Shown piece after piece: positions 13,987 to 36,536 of a stretch of 64,000 bases of DNA. Position 1 is the stretch's first letter; every line of letters begins with the position of its first letter. The notes beneath the pieces were generated by a model. It was not told the origin of the DNA. It saw nothing but the letters and a program-made list of their open reading frames with translations, and searched no databases. This DNA is from Amoebidium appalachense (lineage: Eukaryota > Protista > Ichthyosporea), in contig CAVNZM010000016.1 in assembly GCA_963693365.1 (NCBI GenBank), positions 3,685,957 through 3,749,956 of the forward strand, given 5' to 3'. Both the position numbers and the translations under genes were made by a program.

Positions 13987-14454
13987 GTGCTATCAAGCTT
14001 CTATATTAAATGTCTTTAAATGGTGTATAAAGGGCCGCGCCCTTACATAGCATCAGAGCTAATAGAAAAACTATTCAAAAACAAACAAACATGTTTACTC
14101 TTCGTCCACGCATGCGAATGTCGTGTTTCTACAGCCAAACCTCAATTTTTGTCTTGTGGACGAATTTCGTGATGGATGTGGCCAGAAACCTTGTAAATGC
14201 CGTCATGAAGTTGCTACTATTTCCTCCTGCAAGAGTTAAATGTCTGAAGCGACCTGCACGAAACCCCGTGAGAAAGAGTACCTCGGTGCGCCCTACCCCA
14301 AGCCAAATCAAACCAAGAACCAGGCGATCTTTTAGGTATGTCTTGAAAAAAACCGAGGAATAGCTTCACTGTTCAGAAAAACACGAAGTCGAACTTCAAA
14401 AGTTTGGAGACTGATTCTGAGTCAGCGTGCACGCCGAGTGAGCTCGAGTCCGGG

Positions 14455-15522
14455 CACGGCCCTATGAACACACGGCCTTGGCGCAGAACGTCACTCGCGA
14501 GCCACTTTACAGATTTGGATGGTCCGATCGTGTCCCTGTGTGGTACTGTATGTACAAAATAATAGGGGAGTGCCTGCACATGTAGACGATGTTACCCAAA
14601 AAGCACACGATGTTACATATGAAGCAAAAAATAGCATGTGTACGAACACAATAAGATTTCGAAGGGGAGAGAGAGGGAACAGTCACGCGTACGGGTGGAT
14701 TTCAAAGTGCCTTCTGACTATTCCTATGATATCGTGGTGCTCTGTTACAAGACGTGACTTGTGCACTGCTGGACAACGAAAATAAGAAGCCCTTACAGTT
14801 GTTTATTAGGTGTAATAACCACAGGTTTGTGGCAACACTTTCTGTAGTACTAGACTGGGTCACAACATTGCCTGCCGTGCACACACTACCTCCCGAGTGC
14901 ACTACGTGGAGCATCAAGACAGATGCTTTTACTTAATCTCTCATACTGCGCAGTATCAGCACACCGCTCAGTACGTTATAGCGTTAGGGACAGAAGACAA
15001 GAAGCAAAAGCAGCCGAAGAAAAGGCAAACGTTTACTGTCAGCAAGCTCAGGCAAAAAGCGCTCATTAGGAAAACGCACTCATTAGTAAAGAGATTGGAG
15101 AGGATGCCACCCAAGACACAAATAGTGTGACTCAGACCTCGCCAACCAGCATGAGCAGCTTTGACCCACACACAGTATAGTGCTGATTTTGCAACCCAAC
15201 AGCAAAGCCGTCTCGACCTGGCTAGTATCCGGGAGGCAGATCTAGGCTATGCGGGTGGGTAAGGAGGAGGAGCTGCCACCCTTCGCGGCCAGCTGTAACT
15301 AAATGTGTATGTATACAATACTATGTATGCATGTTTCATTGCACGGACTTTTTTGTTATTTATTGTTTTTCGGTTAGTGTGCCCTACAACTTCGCCTTGT
15401 TTCTTTCTGTGTTTCGAACTGAGTAAAGAAGAAACTCTATGCATGATTCGGACCATCCGAATCTGAAATTGATGACGTAGCTCCAATAGCTGGCGCCAAG
15501 GCCGTGTGTTCAGAGGGCCGTG
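14455..15522. mobile_element. Non-autonomous DNA transposon with ~30-bp TIRs and a 7-bp TSD
   Basis: Left end CACGGCCCTATGAACACACGGCCTTGGCGC (from 14455) is the reverse complement, with one mismatch, of GCGCCAAGGCCGTGTGTTCAGAGGGCCGTG (ending 15522). A subterminal inverted match (cggaccatcc.aatctg) is also present. The direct repeat GTCCGGG flanks it at 14448-14454 and 15523-15529. Confidence 0.85.
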
Positions 15523-16188
15523 GTCCGGGAGGGCGGGATGACGGTGCGCCAACCCAGTGCACAGTTTGCTAATAGATTTTGTTTTTATTACCAAATAAAG
15601 CTAATCTTAGATTTAGGTTAACATGATTGGCTTGTAGCGCACCATACATTTAACCATTTATGGTCGTAAAACGCATATATTTATTCGATACGAAGTCTCT
15701 TCGGCGCTGGTAGTGCTCGTGAGCCTGAATTTGCAAATCCGCGGGGCCTTCGAAGGTCTAGACCGATGGCGAAAGAGAACGGGAGAAACTTGAAGGAAGG
15801 AAGAGGAAACTCTCTCAGAAGAGAAGGAGGGGGGGGGGGGGGGGGGGGGGAAGAGGGGGGGAAGGGGCGCACACAGAGAGAACTCCGGCGAAAAGAGGGG
15901 CCCCGGCAGGGGAGAGGGGGGAGGGAGGAGGGAGGGTGGGGGTTGAGCTGGGAGAGAATTCGAAGGGAACAGAAAGAGAGAGAAAGAGAATGAGAGAGAG
16001 AGAGAGAGAGGGGGGGGGGGGGGGGGAGGGGGGGGGGGGGGGGGGGGGGAGGGATGGATGGATGAAGGGAGGGAGGGAGGGAGTGAGGGAGGGAGGGAGG
16101 GAGGGAGGGAGGGAGGGAGGGAGGGAGGGAGGGAGGGAGAGAGGGATGGAGGGAGGCGGTAGAAAGAGAGGAGAGAGAGAGAGGTGGT

Positions 16189-16227
<39 letters not shown>

Positions 16228-16598
16228 GGAGTGGGGAGAGAGAGAGAGAGAGAGAGAGAGAGCGAAAAATAACGAGAAATGAAAAGAAGCTGGCAGCTGC
16301 ACAGAGAGCAGTCCGGGGAGTGAGGGGGGGGTGAGCGCTCGAGGGCCGGCTCGAGGGAGGAGGGAGGGACATAGATCTAACGACAAAACTCAAAGCGAAC
16401 GAGAGGGGGCGATATATAAAGATTATGCCTTTTAATCAATAGTGACACAGGAAAGGCCGAAGGGGGCGGGGGCACTATTTTAAATGAAAGGGAGAAAGAA
16501 GGGTCTGGGGGGAGGGGGGAGAGTGAGGCCAGGGGGGATCCGGAGGGGGGGACGAGGGGGGGAGGGTGTGTGTGGGGGGGGGGTGGGGGGGGTGGGGT

Positions 16599-16629
<31 letters not shown>

Positions 16630-16759
16630 AGTTATAGCACACTACCTTACGGTCACTACTCGTCTGCGCACAACTGTGTGACACGGTGAGAAAGGTCTGC
16701 TCTATGCGTACGGTTAGCCGGAATAACAGCACGGCCAGCTAGTACATGTACAACTACTG

Positions 16760-17042
16760 ATGACGTCATGGATGACGTTTATTGTTCGCCCCTAGCCAAT
16801 CAAATCGCTTTGCCATTTCCGCCCAATAAAACTCCCTCAGAAAAGGGAGGGGAATCTCAGAGGAAAAGTAAGAAGAGAACAATGAGGATAAAGTTTATGC
16901 ATTACATTTTTCACTCTGGCTGGCTTTTTTTCTTTTCTTTCTTCCTGTTCCTTTCCATTTACAGGCCTATGTAGCCACAACTTATCAACCGGCCACCGCG
17001 CCCGGCGCCTGGGCGCCTGCAAGCGAATGATTGGCTAAGGGG
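16760..17042. promoter_or_regulatory. Putative promoter: CRE palindrome plus two CCAAT boxes forming an inverted repeat
   Basis: ATGACGTCAT at 16760-16769. cccctagccaatcaaatcgctt (~16789-16810) is the imperfect inverse of aagcgaatgattggctaagggg (17021-17042). Lies between the divergent panB and RabGAP genes. Confidence 0.35.
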
Positions 17043-18198
17043 ACATCAGCCTGCATTCCAACGGTAACAACTACTTTCGATGATAAAAAAGAGGCGAACC
17101 AAACAGACAGAAAGAAGTCACAACCTTTGCAGAATCATGTTCATGTTGATGAGCAGAACGACTGTTGTGAATAGAACTACTTTTACCTAACTGCATACAT
17201 CTTAGGCTGCACTTCATATTATCGGCCTTGCTACACTCTTTACATCGACAGAAGGACAACCCTGTGGTGATGGTTTCAAAAGGCTCCTCATTGTCGTTGT
17301 TGCAGATGAAATAATAATCACACCTACTATTCTGGTGGTTTCTTAGTGTTTTCCACGGTTCTAGTTGTAAGCTCAAGGTAGCTTCGTACGCGGGTCTGTT
17401 ACCTAATGCTTTGACGAAACTACTTCTGGCCCGGGTGTCTGGCACAATGAACGCGTTCAACCGGTTGAAGGCTCCTGAAAATGGTGAGCGGTTGAACATT
17501 GTATGGTGTTTGCGGATCGTGCTTTGATTCAAACAACATGGCGTGTTCTTGTGTAACACGTCAGCGCCTCCTGTAAATGCTTCTTTGTTGGATCATGTGG
17601 CAGCAGAAGGTTGCCAGATTTATATTTTGACGTTTTCCTACATTTGGTTGAGGCGCAAATGCACTTCCTGAGCTACGTTTGTTGCGAGAGGGTGGGGAGG
17701 AAAGGGAGTGGGGGTTGGGTGATGCCGGGGTAATTTGGGCGGTTGGGGGTATGGTCGTCACCCGTTATAACACTTCTAAGGTTGCAGCAGTATGCTATAA
17801 ACGGGAGAGGCGGGGGGGGTGGGGGGAGGGAGGGGGAGGGGCGGAGGGGAGGACCGAGTGGTGTGGGAGCAAGGGGAGCTGGAGGTGGAGGGGGGCGTGG
17901 TGGGGTGTGGGTGGGGAAGGGGAGGCGATGATTGGCAGAGATGCTCTACCTAGGAAACCGGCTACAAGGAGGCTTTCGTTGTTACTGTTTTTTTGCTTGC
18001 TTGGGGCAGCAAGTACGTGAAGGTGGGAAGAGAATGGGGTATAGGCTGTGTGTTGGGTAAGAAGGTAGGCAGGTTTGGTTGGTGGGTAGGGGATGGGACT
18101 CGATACCCGGGCCCCCAGTTCTGTTCCTGATTTCTAGTTTACGAACTCTTGGAAAAGGAATACGGAGATAGAGGGACAGGGGGGAGAGAAGGGTGTGT

Positions 18199-18263
<65 letters not shown>

Positions 18264-18885
18264 AGAAGGGAGGTAAGGAGTTTTCCAAAAGAGACCTCCC
18301 CCTTTTTTTTTTTTTTTTCCCCCCTTAAAGGAACGCTGTTGTGATGGACATTCTCGTTGCTTTTCGGCTGACCAAAAGACCCGTTCTTCAGGCGTGGGGG
18401 GACCAAGGAGGAACAACTCCACACCTGATGTAAGCAAGGCAGCCCCTTTATTAACTCCCTATATAGATGCTACACCTGGCTATATGCGTAATTGATATCG
18501 TTGTTGCTATGTTCGCGGTTGCTTGCACATCCCTTGCGCCATCTCCTGCTCGTGAATGTGCCTTTTATACCTTACTCTATGCAAGCTTCATAGTTGGTGT
18601 GTGCCCTCACAGTGAGATCTGCAGCCTGATCTACTTGTCTGAGCAGTTTGGCACGTAGGCTTGATCGAGATCGGGAACATAATCCCTGAATCTCGAAGAG
18701 AAGAACTTCTCTTTAACTCCGCCTCCCCCCTTCCCCCCCCCCCCCCCCCCCCCCCCTCCCCCTCTCCCTCCCAACCCCCCACCCCTATCCCCTGCTAAAT
18801 ATTGCTGACAGGTTCATGTGCTCATGTTTGGATTTTGGTTCGTATGCTTTTTTTTGTTCTTTATTTTCAACAGTTACCTCCATTA

Positions 18886-18929
<44 letters not shown>

Positions 18930-19107
18930 ACACACACACACATACACACGGGGGTTCTGCTTTCTGCTGTTACCACCAAAAGGTCGTGGCTCGAGCAGCA
19001 TTTCTAACTTCTCATGGAATTAAGTTTCGTGTTGTATTTTATTTTTATATTTTTATTTTTTTTATTTTTTTGGGGGGGGGGGGGGGAAACCAGCCAAGCA
19101 GCCTCCC

Positions 19108-19140
<33 letters not shown>

Positions 19141-19458
19141 TTCACCCCTTTACACATACACACATCCCCTTCCGTCTCCCCATCACACCTCCCCCTCCCC
19201 CCTTCCACCCGCGCCCGCCCCCCTCCCCCAATATCTGCAATTCTTTCCCAAATCTTTTGCTCATTTCCAACCTCTGCCATACACCGGATGTGGCTTTTTT
19301 CCTCACCCATCAACCTACCCGTTCTCCCTTCTACCGCCCCTCCCCACAACCTCCTCCCAGCCCCACCTCCCCGGCCCTCCTCCACAAAACCATCTATGGC
19401 ACCCATTGTTAATGCTCGTGTTTTTTTTTTGTTTTTTTTTTTGGGTGATTTCTAATCC

Positions 19459-19496
<38 letters not shown>

Positions 19497-20011
19497 CCAT
19501 CGCCGCCCCCCTGGGCCCTCGCCCCATGCGTGATCGTTTCCTGCTCTCACTGCCGTCTCCCCCCTCTCCAACCCCCCCCCCCCCCCCCCACCTCCCCCCT
19601 CCCCCCCCTAAAAACACACATGCATGCACACATACACACACACACGGTTAGCGTTTGAACCTCCTCTTCCCCCCCCCCTCCCCCCCTCCCCCCGCCGACC
19701 CCCCCCCCACATACACATACACATACACACGGTTGGCATTTGAACCCCCCCCCCCCCCCCCCCCTCACCCACCTCTTCCCTTACCCCGGCCACACACACA
19801 CACACACAAAGGTGTACACACACGCACATGCACACATGTCCTCCCCCCTCCCCCCCCCCCCCCCCCCCCCCCCCCCACACACACATGCACACATGTCCTC
19901 CCCCCCACTCCCCCCTCCCCTCTCCCCCCCCCACACACACACACCACCACCATCATCACCACCACCTGCCTGGCTGCAGCTTCTGCCATCCATCTCATAT
20001 TCATATCACAG

Positions 20012-28803
<8,792 letters not shown>

Positions 28804-28805
28804 AG

Positions 28806-28846
<41 letters not shown>

Positions 28847-30688
28847 CCTCCCCCCTCCCCAAGGGCCTTCGGTAAAAAGCCTGAGAGACAACCCCCCCCC
28901 CCCCCTCCTTTCTCCCCCTTCATACGCCAAATTCTCAACTCTATAGAGCCCCTCCCCCCCCCCCCCCCCCCCCCCCACCACCACCACCACCACCACCACC
29001 ACCACCACCACCATTTTCTTGGAGGGATTCCACGTTTGAGGTCATAGTGTGGTTTCGTCTGTGTTTATCTCCCTGTCTCCGTTTTTTTTTTTTGTTTTTG
29101 TTTTTTTTTCCCGTGTGTGTATGGTACTACATGGTGGGTCCCCGTCTCGTCCTCTCAGCTAAAGGCCCAGTGCTGCTGCAATATAGCTGCGATATAGTTT
29201 GCTATGTGATGTGCTTATTGCGCGAATGGTTATGACCGGTAGATGCGATGTTAACACTTGTGACTTGCAGAACACAGTACAGTGACAGGCACACCGACAT
29301 GGATCTATTCATTCACTCGCATTTTAGTGATCACCTTTGGGCCGGGTTGGACGCTCAACAGATAGACTCGGGTGCCGTTGACCTATTATGAATGTCGGTA
29401 CATTTTGTGTCTGTGTATGTGTGTGTTTGGAACTGGTGGGATGCGAGTTACTATCCTTCCGAGAGTTCAGATTCTTTGCTTATTTTCCGTTTTGCTTTTT
29501 GTTTTGTTTGTTTATTTGTTTTACACCCGCTCGTCTATGACTATGTCCGGCTCTATCAACGTCTGGAAAAGAGGGTCAATGTATAGGGGCGAAAAAAGCG
29601 ATAGTGGTTGCTTTCTGTGACGTCGAAACCCCCTTCGGATTATTTAATTCATGTGGTGAAATGCCAGCATACTATTAGGCCTTAACTAGTTGTGCATATG
29701 TAAAAAATACACGCGCGAATGTCTTGGAACTTGCTACCGGGAAATCGATTGACTGGTTATTTTCCTTCGTAGAAGTGAGCCTCGGCATTGATCACCCATA
29801 TATCCCACCTGGCATTCATAACCGGATCTTCTTATGAAGGGTACCTGCTTATATTTAATGAAATACTATCCATTCTGGAAATGGACAATGTACTAGCGAA
29901 AAATGAAGGTTGCATTGCATATCCCACGACGATATGTTTTGCGTAAAAGCAGATTAACAGAGCAATTTAAAGGTTCTTATCATGCATGCCTGGACGTCTA
30001 CCCACGGTGTAAAAAATAAAAGAAAATAAAAAATAGTAAAAACATAAACACTTGCAACAGGCCACGAAGATTGAATACTCCCGCCCCCCCCACCCCACCC
30101 CACCCCCGGAGTCCGGCCGGACACACCCATGTTGCACGCGTACGTACGCACAAATTTCCACCATGAAAATACCATGATCCCCCCAAACTGGTATTTTTGT
30201 GCATGCTGGCTCGAATGGATTTACTATATAAATGACCACTTCAACGGCGATGTTTCGAATTCCATTGGCAACGTTCTTGAAAAATGCTGTTATCACGTGC
30301 TAACTACTTATTGTGACCGTTTATGTTACTAATATCAATGCGTACAAAGTGCTTTGGGTGATAATAATCAGTCATCCTTACGGATTCATTTTGAACTTCT
30401 GACGAGATGGACACGAGATATCGATCGAGTGTGCCAGAGTCATTCTGTCCCACAATCAAACACCCCACTATACCGGGCAAGAGACGGTGTTTTGAGCTTT
30501 TGACCAAGTCGGGTGACCAGCCCGTTTGGATGTTTGCACTGGAATCGTGGTGCAGGCAGTCTAGGACCATTAGGACCTTGATATGGTGGTCAAATGATGG
30601 TCGCCTACATTACTTTGCAGAAGTGTTTACAAGATCTAGGAGCACAGGTTTCCTGCTGAATCTTAGCCCATGCCCATATCATAAACAA

Positions 30689-30863
30689 GATACCCTGGGC
30701 AAAGTGTGTACATATAGTTAGCCTGTTGTTATAGGTGTGTTAGTTTAGCTACTAGCATCGTAGCACCCTAGCTAGAGTACTGTCGGTGCTGGGTGGAAGA
30801 TGGTAGTTCCCCCTGAGAGCCCCTAGGGGTACCTCCGAAAACAAAACGGGATAATAAAAAAAA
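30689..30863 (+). mobile_element. Short retroposed insertion (SINE or 5'-truncated LINE) with an A-tail and a 16-bp TSD
   Basis: cccatatcataaacaa at 30673-30688 and 30864-30879 flanks 175 bp ending in ataataaaaaaaa. The paralogous unit near 32420-32470 shows the empty site. Confidence 0.85.
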
Positions 30864-31843
30864 CCCATATCATAAACAATAACAATATCATCCATGCACA
30901 CTGTTGCATGTATCTACAAGCAACACTTAAAACAAGCCGACTACTATCAAATTCCTGATCAAATGAATCAAAAAGAAAAACAATAACAACAGCTGTGAAA
31001 GCACTGGCCTACGGAGGTATATGATTGGTCTCACGCGCCTGTGAATTTATTTTCTGCACAACCACCATTTATGGTGCACCGGTGCACGTAGCTACGCATT
31101 GCTGTTATGATTTCAACGTTAATCGTTTTTCTGACCCCCCCAGCCTCAGAGGCCATATCCAACCCCCGCCCCCTCCCCACTTCCTCCTCCCCCCTCCCCC
31201 CCCCCCTCCCCCCCCCCCCCACCCCTCCTCCTCCCCGCTGGAAAGAAAGAATATCTTCCTCAAACTTCTTTTGACTCAAACAATTTCCGAGTTCCCATAA
31301 GAGTTTGGATTTATGGCATAGTACATAAATAACTGGTTCAATAGCCAATTTGAAAGAGAGGGAAGAGCGCCCGGGGGGAGGAGGGAGGGGGGAGGGGGGA
31401 GGGGGGAGGGGGGGGGGAGGGGGGGGGGAGAGAGGGGGGGGGTAGGATTTGGGAAAGACTCGGTGACGATAAGAAAATATCTCGGAAGAATTCCAGGGGT
31501 TATGGGGTCGAAAGATTCCACGATCATAGAATACAGGATAAATGCTAACTGATGCGTTCGTGTCCTTAGTTTGGAACACTGTGTTGGGGGTGCCCGGGGG
31601 GGCGGGGGGGGGGGGGGGGGGGGGGGGGGGGGAGGGGCTCAGACCGGAGAGAACTCGGTGACGAAAGATTTTCAGAGGAACTCGTAAAGAGGTGTCACTG
31701 AATTTGAAACACTCCACCATTCGTTGGACCAAAAAAGCTAACTTCCAGGTCCTCTGCGTATGTGTTGGCTGAGCCTCGTGTGAGTGTCTGGTTGTCAACC
31801 GTCACAGTGGCCAGGGGGTTGTGCCCCGCAGGGGCGGGACGGG

Positions 31844-31913
<70 letters not shown>

Positions 31914-32832
31914 GAAGGATTTGTGCAGCCCTGATTCTTCAGTTGTGCATGCTGAAGTGGATATGTCTTATATACACGACCACTACTTCTTGTATGACCA
32001 TGTTTCGATTTCCATCGCCAACTTGAAACTTAGGTTATTGATCAACGGTTGTTGGTTACCGTTTTCACGTGCTAACTACTTTCTATAACTGATAAAACCC
32101 TGTTGGATAGATAGAACTGTTATAGCTATAATTGTAAACCTTTCGAATCTGACGAGATCGACACGTGATATATTTGAAATCGAGTATGGTGTTCATTTTG
32201 TCCCACAATCTTGCACAACACTATGTGTGGTAACATACGGTTTGCCCAAGTCGGGTGACCGGCCCATTTGATGTTTGCAATGTAGCCTGTCGTGGTGCAG
32301 AGCAGTCGACAGTCCTCGCATTGCAGCAAGCTCCATGTGCTGGGCGATTAATGGTTACCCAAAAAAGTTGCAGGAAGGTTTAAAAGAAACACTCCGTATG
32401 CTCATTGACACTCGAAGCCCACATTATAAACATAATCAACTTGATATTATACCATGCTGGCACAGTGTTATATGTGCCCAACAATAGCAATACTGCAAGG
32501 CTAACAAGCTGACTACTGTTACATATGGCAATTATGTTTTGTGTCTTCCGTGTGATTACATAGAACTCTTAGGTCTGGGAAGCTCCAAATATAATGGAAC
32601 TTTGCGCAACCACCACGACACCTGTAAAAGCATAAATTGAGGCATATGATTGGCCTCCGCCTGTTAATGATTCGTTATTTGCACGTGACTACCATGGATG
32701 GTGTATGTGCGCAAGGGAGTCTAGGGCCCTTTCAGAAGGCTGCTAGGTTCTCGCTTAACCTCCCCTACCCCCCTGCCCACCTTGGATCCCCCCCCCCCCC
32801 CCCAAAAAAAAAAACAACAGATTATTCTATCC

Positions 32833-32877
<45 letters not shown>

Positions 32878-32928
32878 ACACACACCTTTTTTTTTTTTTT
32901 TTTTTTTTTTTTAGAAAAAAAAAAAAAA

Positions 32929-32965
<37 letters not shown>

Positions 32966-33362
32966 CCTCTAAGCCTGGTTACCGATCAATTTAGTAAATG
33001 ACTAGATTGGTGATGGAGATTAAGGAGTTTTGTGGCGAGCGGGAAGAAGGGGGGTTGGGGGGTATGGAAGGTTTATGACGTTGGCGATGGTTTGTATCGG
33101 GCTTTTGTGAGCTCCGTATTCTTGAGGAAATGAGGGTGAGGGCAGGGAGGGATGGAGCCCCCCCCACCAGCATAGTGGATATTCGATTGTGTCTGTTTTG
33201 CGGGAGTGTGTCTGCATGTCTGTGTGGGGGGGGGGGGGGGGGGGGGGGTCTGTGTCTGTGTAGGTAGGAAGGTGGGTACGGTAAATAAAAGGTGGGGGTG
33301 ATGGAAGCGGAGAGAGTACGTGTGTGTATGGTGTGTGTGTGCATGGTGGTGGTGGTGGTGGT

Positions 33363-33399
<37 letters not shown>

Positions 33400-33401
<2 letters not shown>

Positions 33402-33534
33402 GACAGCATCCTCTCATGTAACACGGGCTCTCCCCTTTTGAATCTCGTGTGTATGATAATTGCTACTCCAGCTGAGTTAGGTCTTTTGATCCGATTGAAG
33501 TTAGAAGTTAACTTACATGAGAGGATGCTGTCAA
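33400..33534. repeat. Perfect 22-bp inverted repeat with a 91-bp spacer
   Basis: ttgacagcatcctctcatgtaa (33400-33421) and ttacatgagaggatgctgtcaa (33513-33534). Confidence 0.9.
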
Positions 33535-34284
33535 AACAGTTTGGAAAATTTGCCATCGATGTTGATTTGGTACGCCATCACTTTCAACAAATGATTCAAC
33601 TATACAGAGTCTGTTAGCTGTTCCCTCATTCGTGTGACCTGCCCATTCGATACGTGCGCACTGAGGCACATCTTCTTGCTACCCATCACGCTAACTGTGG
33701 ACTCTTTAATGGTCCCACTGCCGAGCATATGGTCATCCACTACAAATTTGCAAGAAAAAGAAAAAATCCCACAAGGTAAACCTCGAGCCCCACCTATTAA
33801 AAATAAATAGCTGATTCTTTTTCGAACTCAGCTCTGATGGGCAGCTCCTCACATGTGCACCGTGAGGATGCAATACAATTTGCAATAATGTGACGAAGTC
33901 ATGCCGTTGGAACCTGAACCATATGAGTTATGCAGTGATCTATAAATGGCTAACTGTGTACAGTTGCCGCTTTTACCCTGAAAATATGCTTTCCCCCTAT
34001 GTCTTCTGCTGGTGCGCGCATTAATAGGCTTTACAACTGTGAATATGTACGCGGATGTGGGCGTGAGTGCTTGTGCAATGAGTACGGTTGTCTGTAGGAG
34101 GAAGTTGAGGATTGGTGGCTGGCGAGGGGAGGGATGGGGGGGGGGGGGGGGGGAGGGGGGCTGCACATGTGATTTTAAATACTTGGCGATCCCTCCCCCT
34201 CCCCCTCCCCTTCCCTTCCACAACCCACACACACAAACCCTACACACGTACACGCACATAAACACATACACACACACGCGTGGG

Positions 34285-34447
<163 letters not shown>

Positions 34448-34664
34448 ACCGCCTTCTCTATCGCTCCCTCAGAATCTCGCTTCCCCCCCCCCCTCCCCCC
34501 GCCCTCCCCTCCTCCCCCCGTCCCCCCTTCTCTCTTCCCCTGCTCCTCCCTCCAGCTCCCTCCCTCCCTCCCCCCCCTCCCCCCCCCCCCCCCCCTCTCT
34601 CTTCCTCCCCAACTCCCCCTTTCTCCCTCTCCCTGCCCATCTCTTTCTATCCCCCTCTCCCTCC

Positions 34665-34875
34665 CCCTCTCCCTCTCTCCCAGACGGTCTCTTGTCTCTC
34701 TCAAGCCTTCATCTGTTACACCACCAAGCGATCCGATTCCCGCATCTACCTGTGTTTCTGTTTCTCTTCTCCTCCCTTCCCTGACAGCCCCGCTCTTTCT
34801 CCGTGTGTGAAAGCAAAAAAAGAAAAGAGGAGGAGGAAGGCGGGAAGGAGGGGCCCCGGGGACTGAGGGGCGGGT

Positions 34876-34906
<31 letters not shown>

Positions 34907-35048
34907 GGGGGGAGGGGGGGGGGGGGGGGGGGAGGGGATGCAAAAAACGGGGGAAAAAATACTTCAGGACTAAGGCTATCAGTTACTGCGATAAGTCCAA
35001 AGGAAGTGCTACTTTTAGTTTTGAATTCTGCGTCGTGAAAGGGAAGTG

Positions 35049-35112
<64 letters not shown>

Positions 35113-35526
35113 GGGCGTGGTTCCCAGTTAATGTGATTACTGACGTGGATCTAACGGAGTTTGGTTTTCTTAGAATCAGTTTACCAGTGCTCATTGCTCA
35201 TTGTTCTTTTTTTAAAGATTAACTCGTGCGACACTATTTCCGGGCTTGGTTTTTTGTTTCGAATAGTTTTTATATTCAACAATTCTTGCAGATGTCTTTG
35301 ATATCAGACGAGATCCCCCTCTCCCTCTCTCTCAGACGGTCTCTTGTCTCTCTCAAGCCTTCATCTGTTACACCACCAAGCGATCCGATTCCCGCATCTA
35401 CCTGTGTTTCTGTTTCTCTTCTCCTCCCTTCCCTGACAGCCCCGCTCTTTCTCCGTGTGTGAAAGCAAAAAAGAAAAGAGGAGGAGGAAGGCGGGAAGGA
35501 GGGGCCCCGGGGACTGAGGGGCGTGT

Positions 35527-35575
<49 letters not shown>

Positions 35576-35948
35576 GGGGGGATGCAAAAAACGGGGGAAA
35601 AAATACTTCAGGACTAAGGCTATCAGTTACTGCGATAAGTCCAAAGGAAGTGCTACTTTTAGTTTTCAATTCTGCGTCGTGAAAGGGAAGTGTTTTTTTT
35701 TTTTCTTTTTTTTTTCTTTTTTTTTTTTTTTTTTTTGGGGGGGGGGGGCGTGGTTCCCAGTTAATGTGATTACTGACGTGGATCTAACGGAGTTTGGTTT
35801 TCTTAGAATCAGTTTACCAGTGCTCATTGCTCATTGTTCTTTTTTTAAAAATTAACTCGTGCGACACTATTTCCGGGCTTGGTTTTTTGTTTCGAATAGT
35901 TTTTATATTCAACAATTCTTGCAGATGTCTTTGATATCAGACGAGATC
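34665..35948 (+). repeat. Near-identical direct tandem duplication of ~640 bp
   Basis: ~34665-35315 and ~35316-35948 match except for a few substitutions (tttgaatt/tttcaatt, aaagatt/aaaaatt) and homopolymer lengths. Confidence 0.92.
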
Positions 35949-36484
35949 AAATGAAGGTGGCCAAAGCTTTTTTATGTACGTACCACAATCAGACACACAA
36001 TGATCTAGTAAACGTCGTAAACTCCCCACGATGATTTATCAACCAAGAGGGTGTGATGGGTGTTGAGATGGGTGACCAGCCCAGCCCATTACAAATGCCA
36101 CATTTGCACTGAAATCGTGGGCAATGTGATGATGATTACGCTGAGAAACTTGAGATTTGGTCGCCCCAAAAATGAATTGCTGAAACACATAAAGTATATC
36201 AAGAACCAATACATACAAATTCAGAATCTGCTTGGTTGGGCTACACCCAACAAAATGAAGCCGGACAGTGGGTTGCTGCTTTCGGCCTCAAGGCCCACAC
36301 GTGCACCAGGAGTATCTTTTCTCAGGCCATATCTTTTACATATACAGGGCTACCAGCCTACACTCAGTCCCTGGGCCAACATAGCCGTTTCTAAAAATCC
36401 CAAGATTGCCCTTTGGATTTTTCTATCTCTCCACCCCCCCGCACCCTCCCTTCCCTTCCCTTTTATCCCCCCCCCCCCCCCTTC

Positions 36485-36536
<52 letters not shown>

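Noticed and set aside
17071-17559. 162-aa minus-strand ORF in complex sequence
   Set aside because: No recognisable motif, no ATG at the listed start and no supporting exon structure; left unannotated.
30805-30845. Hammerhead ribozyme-like ctgagag...cgaaa in the retroposed insert
   Set aside because: The core lacks the CUGANGA spacing and stem II does not close onto GAAA.
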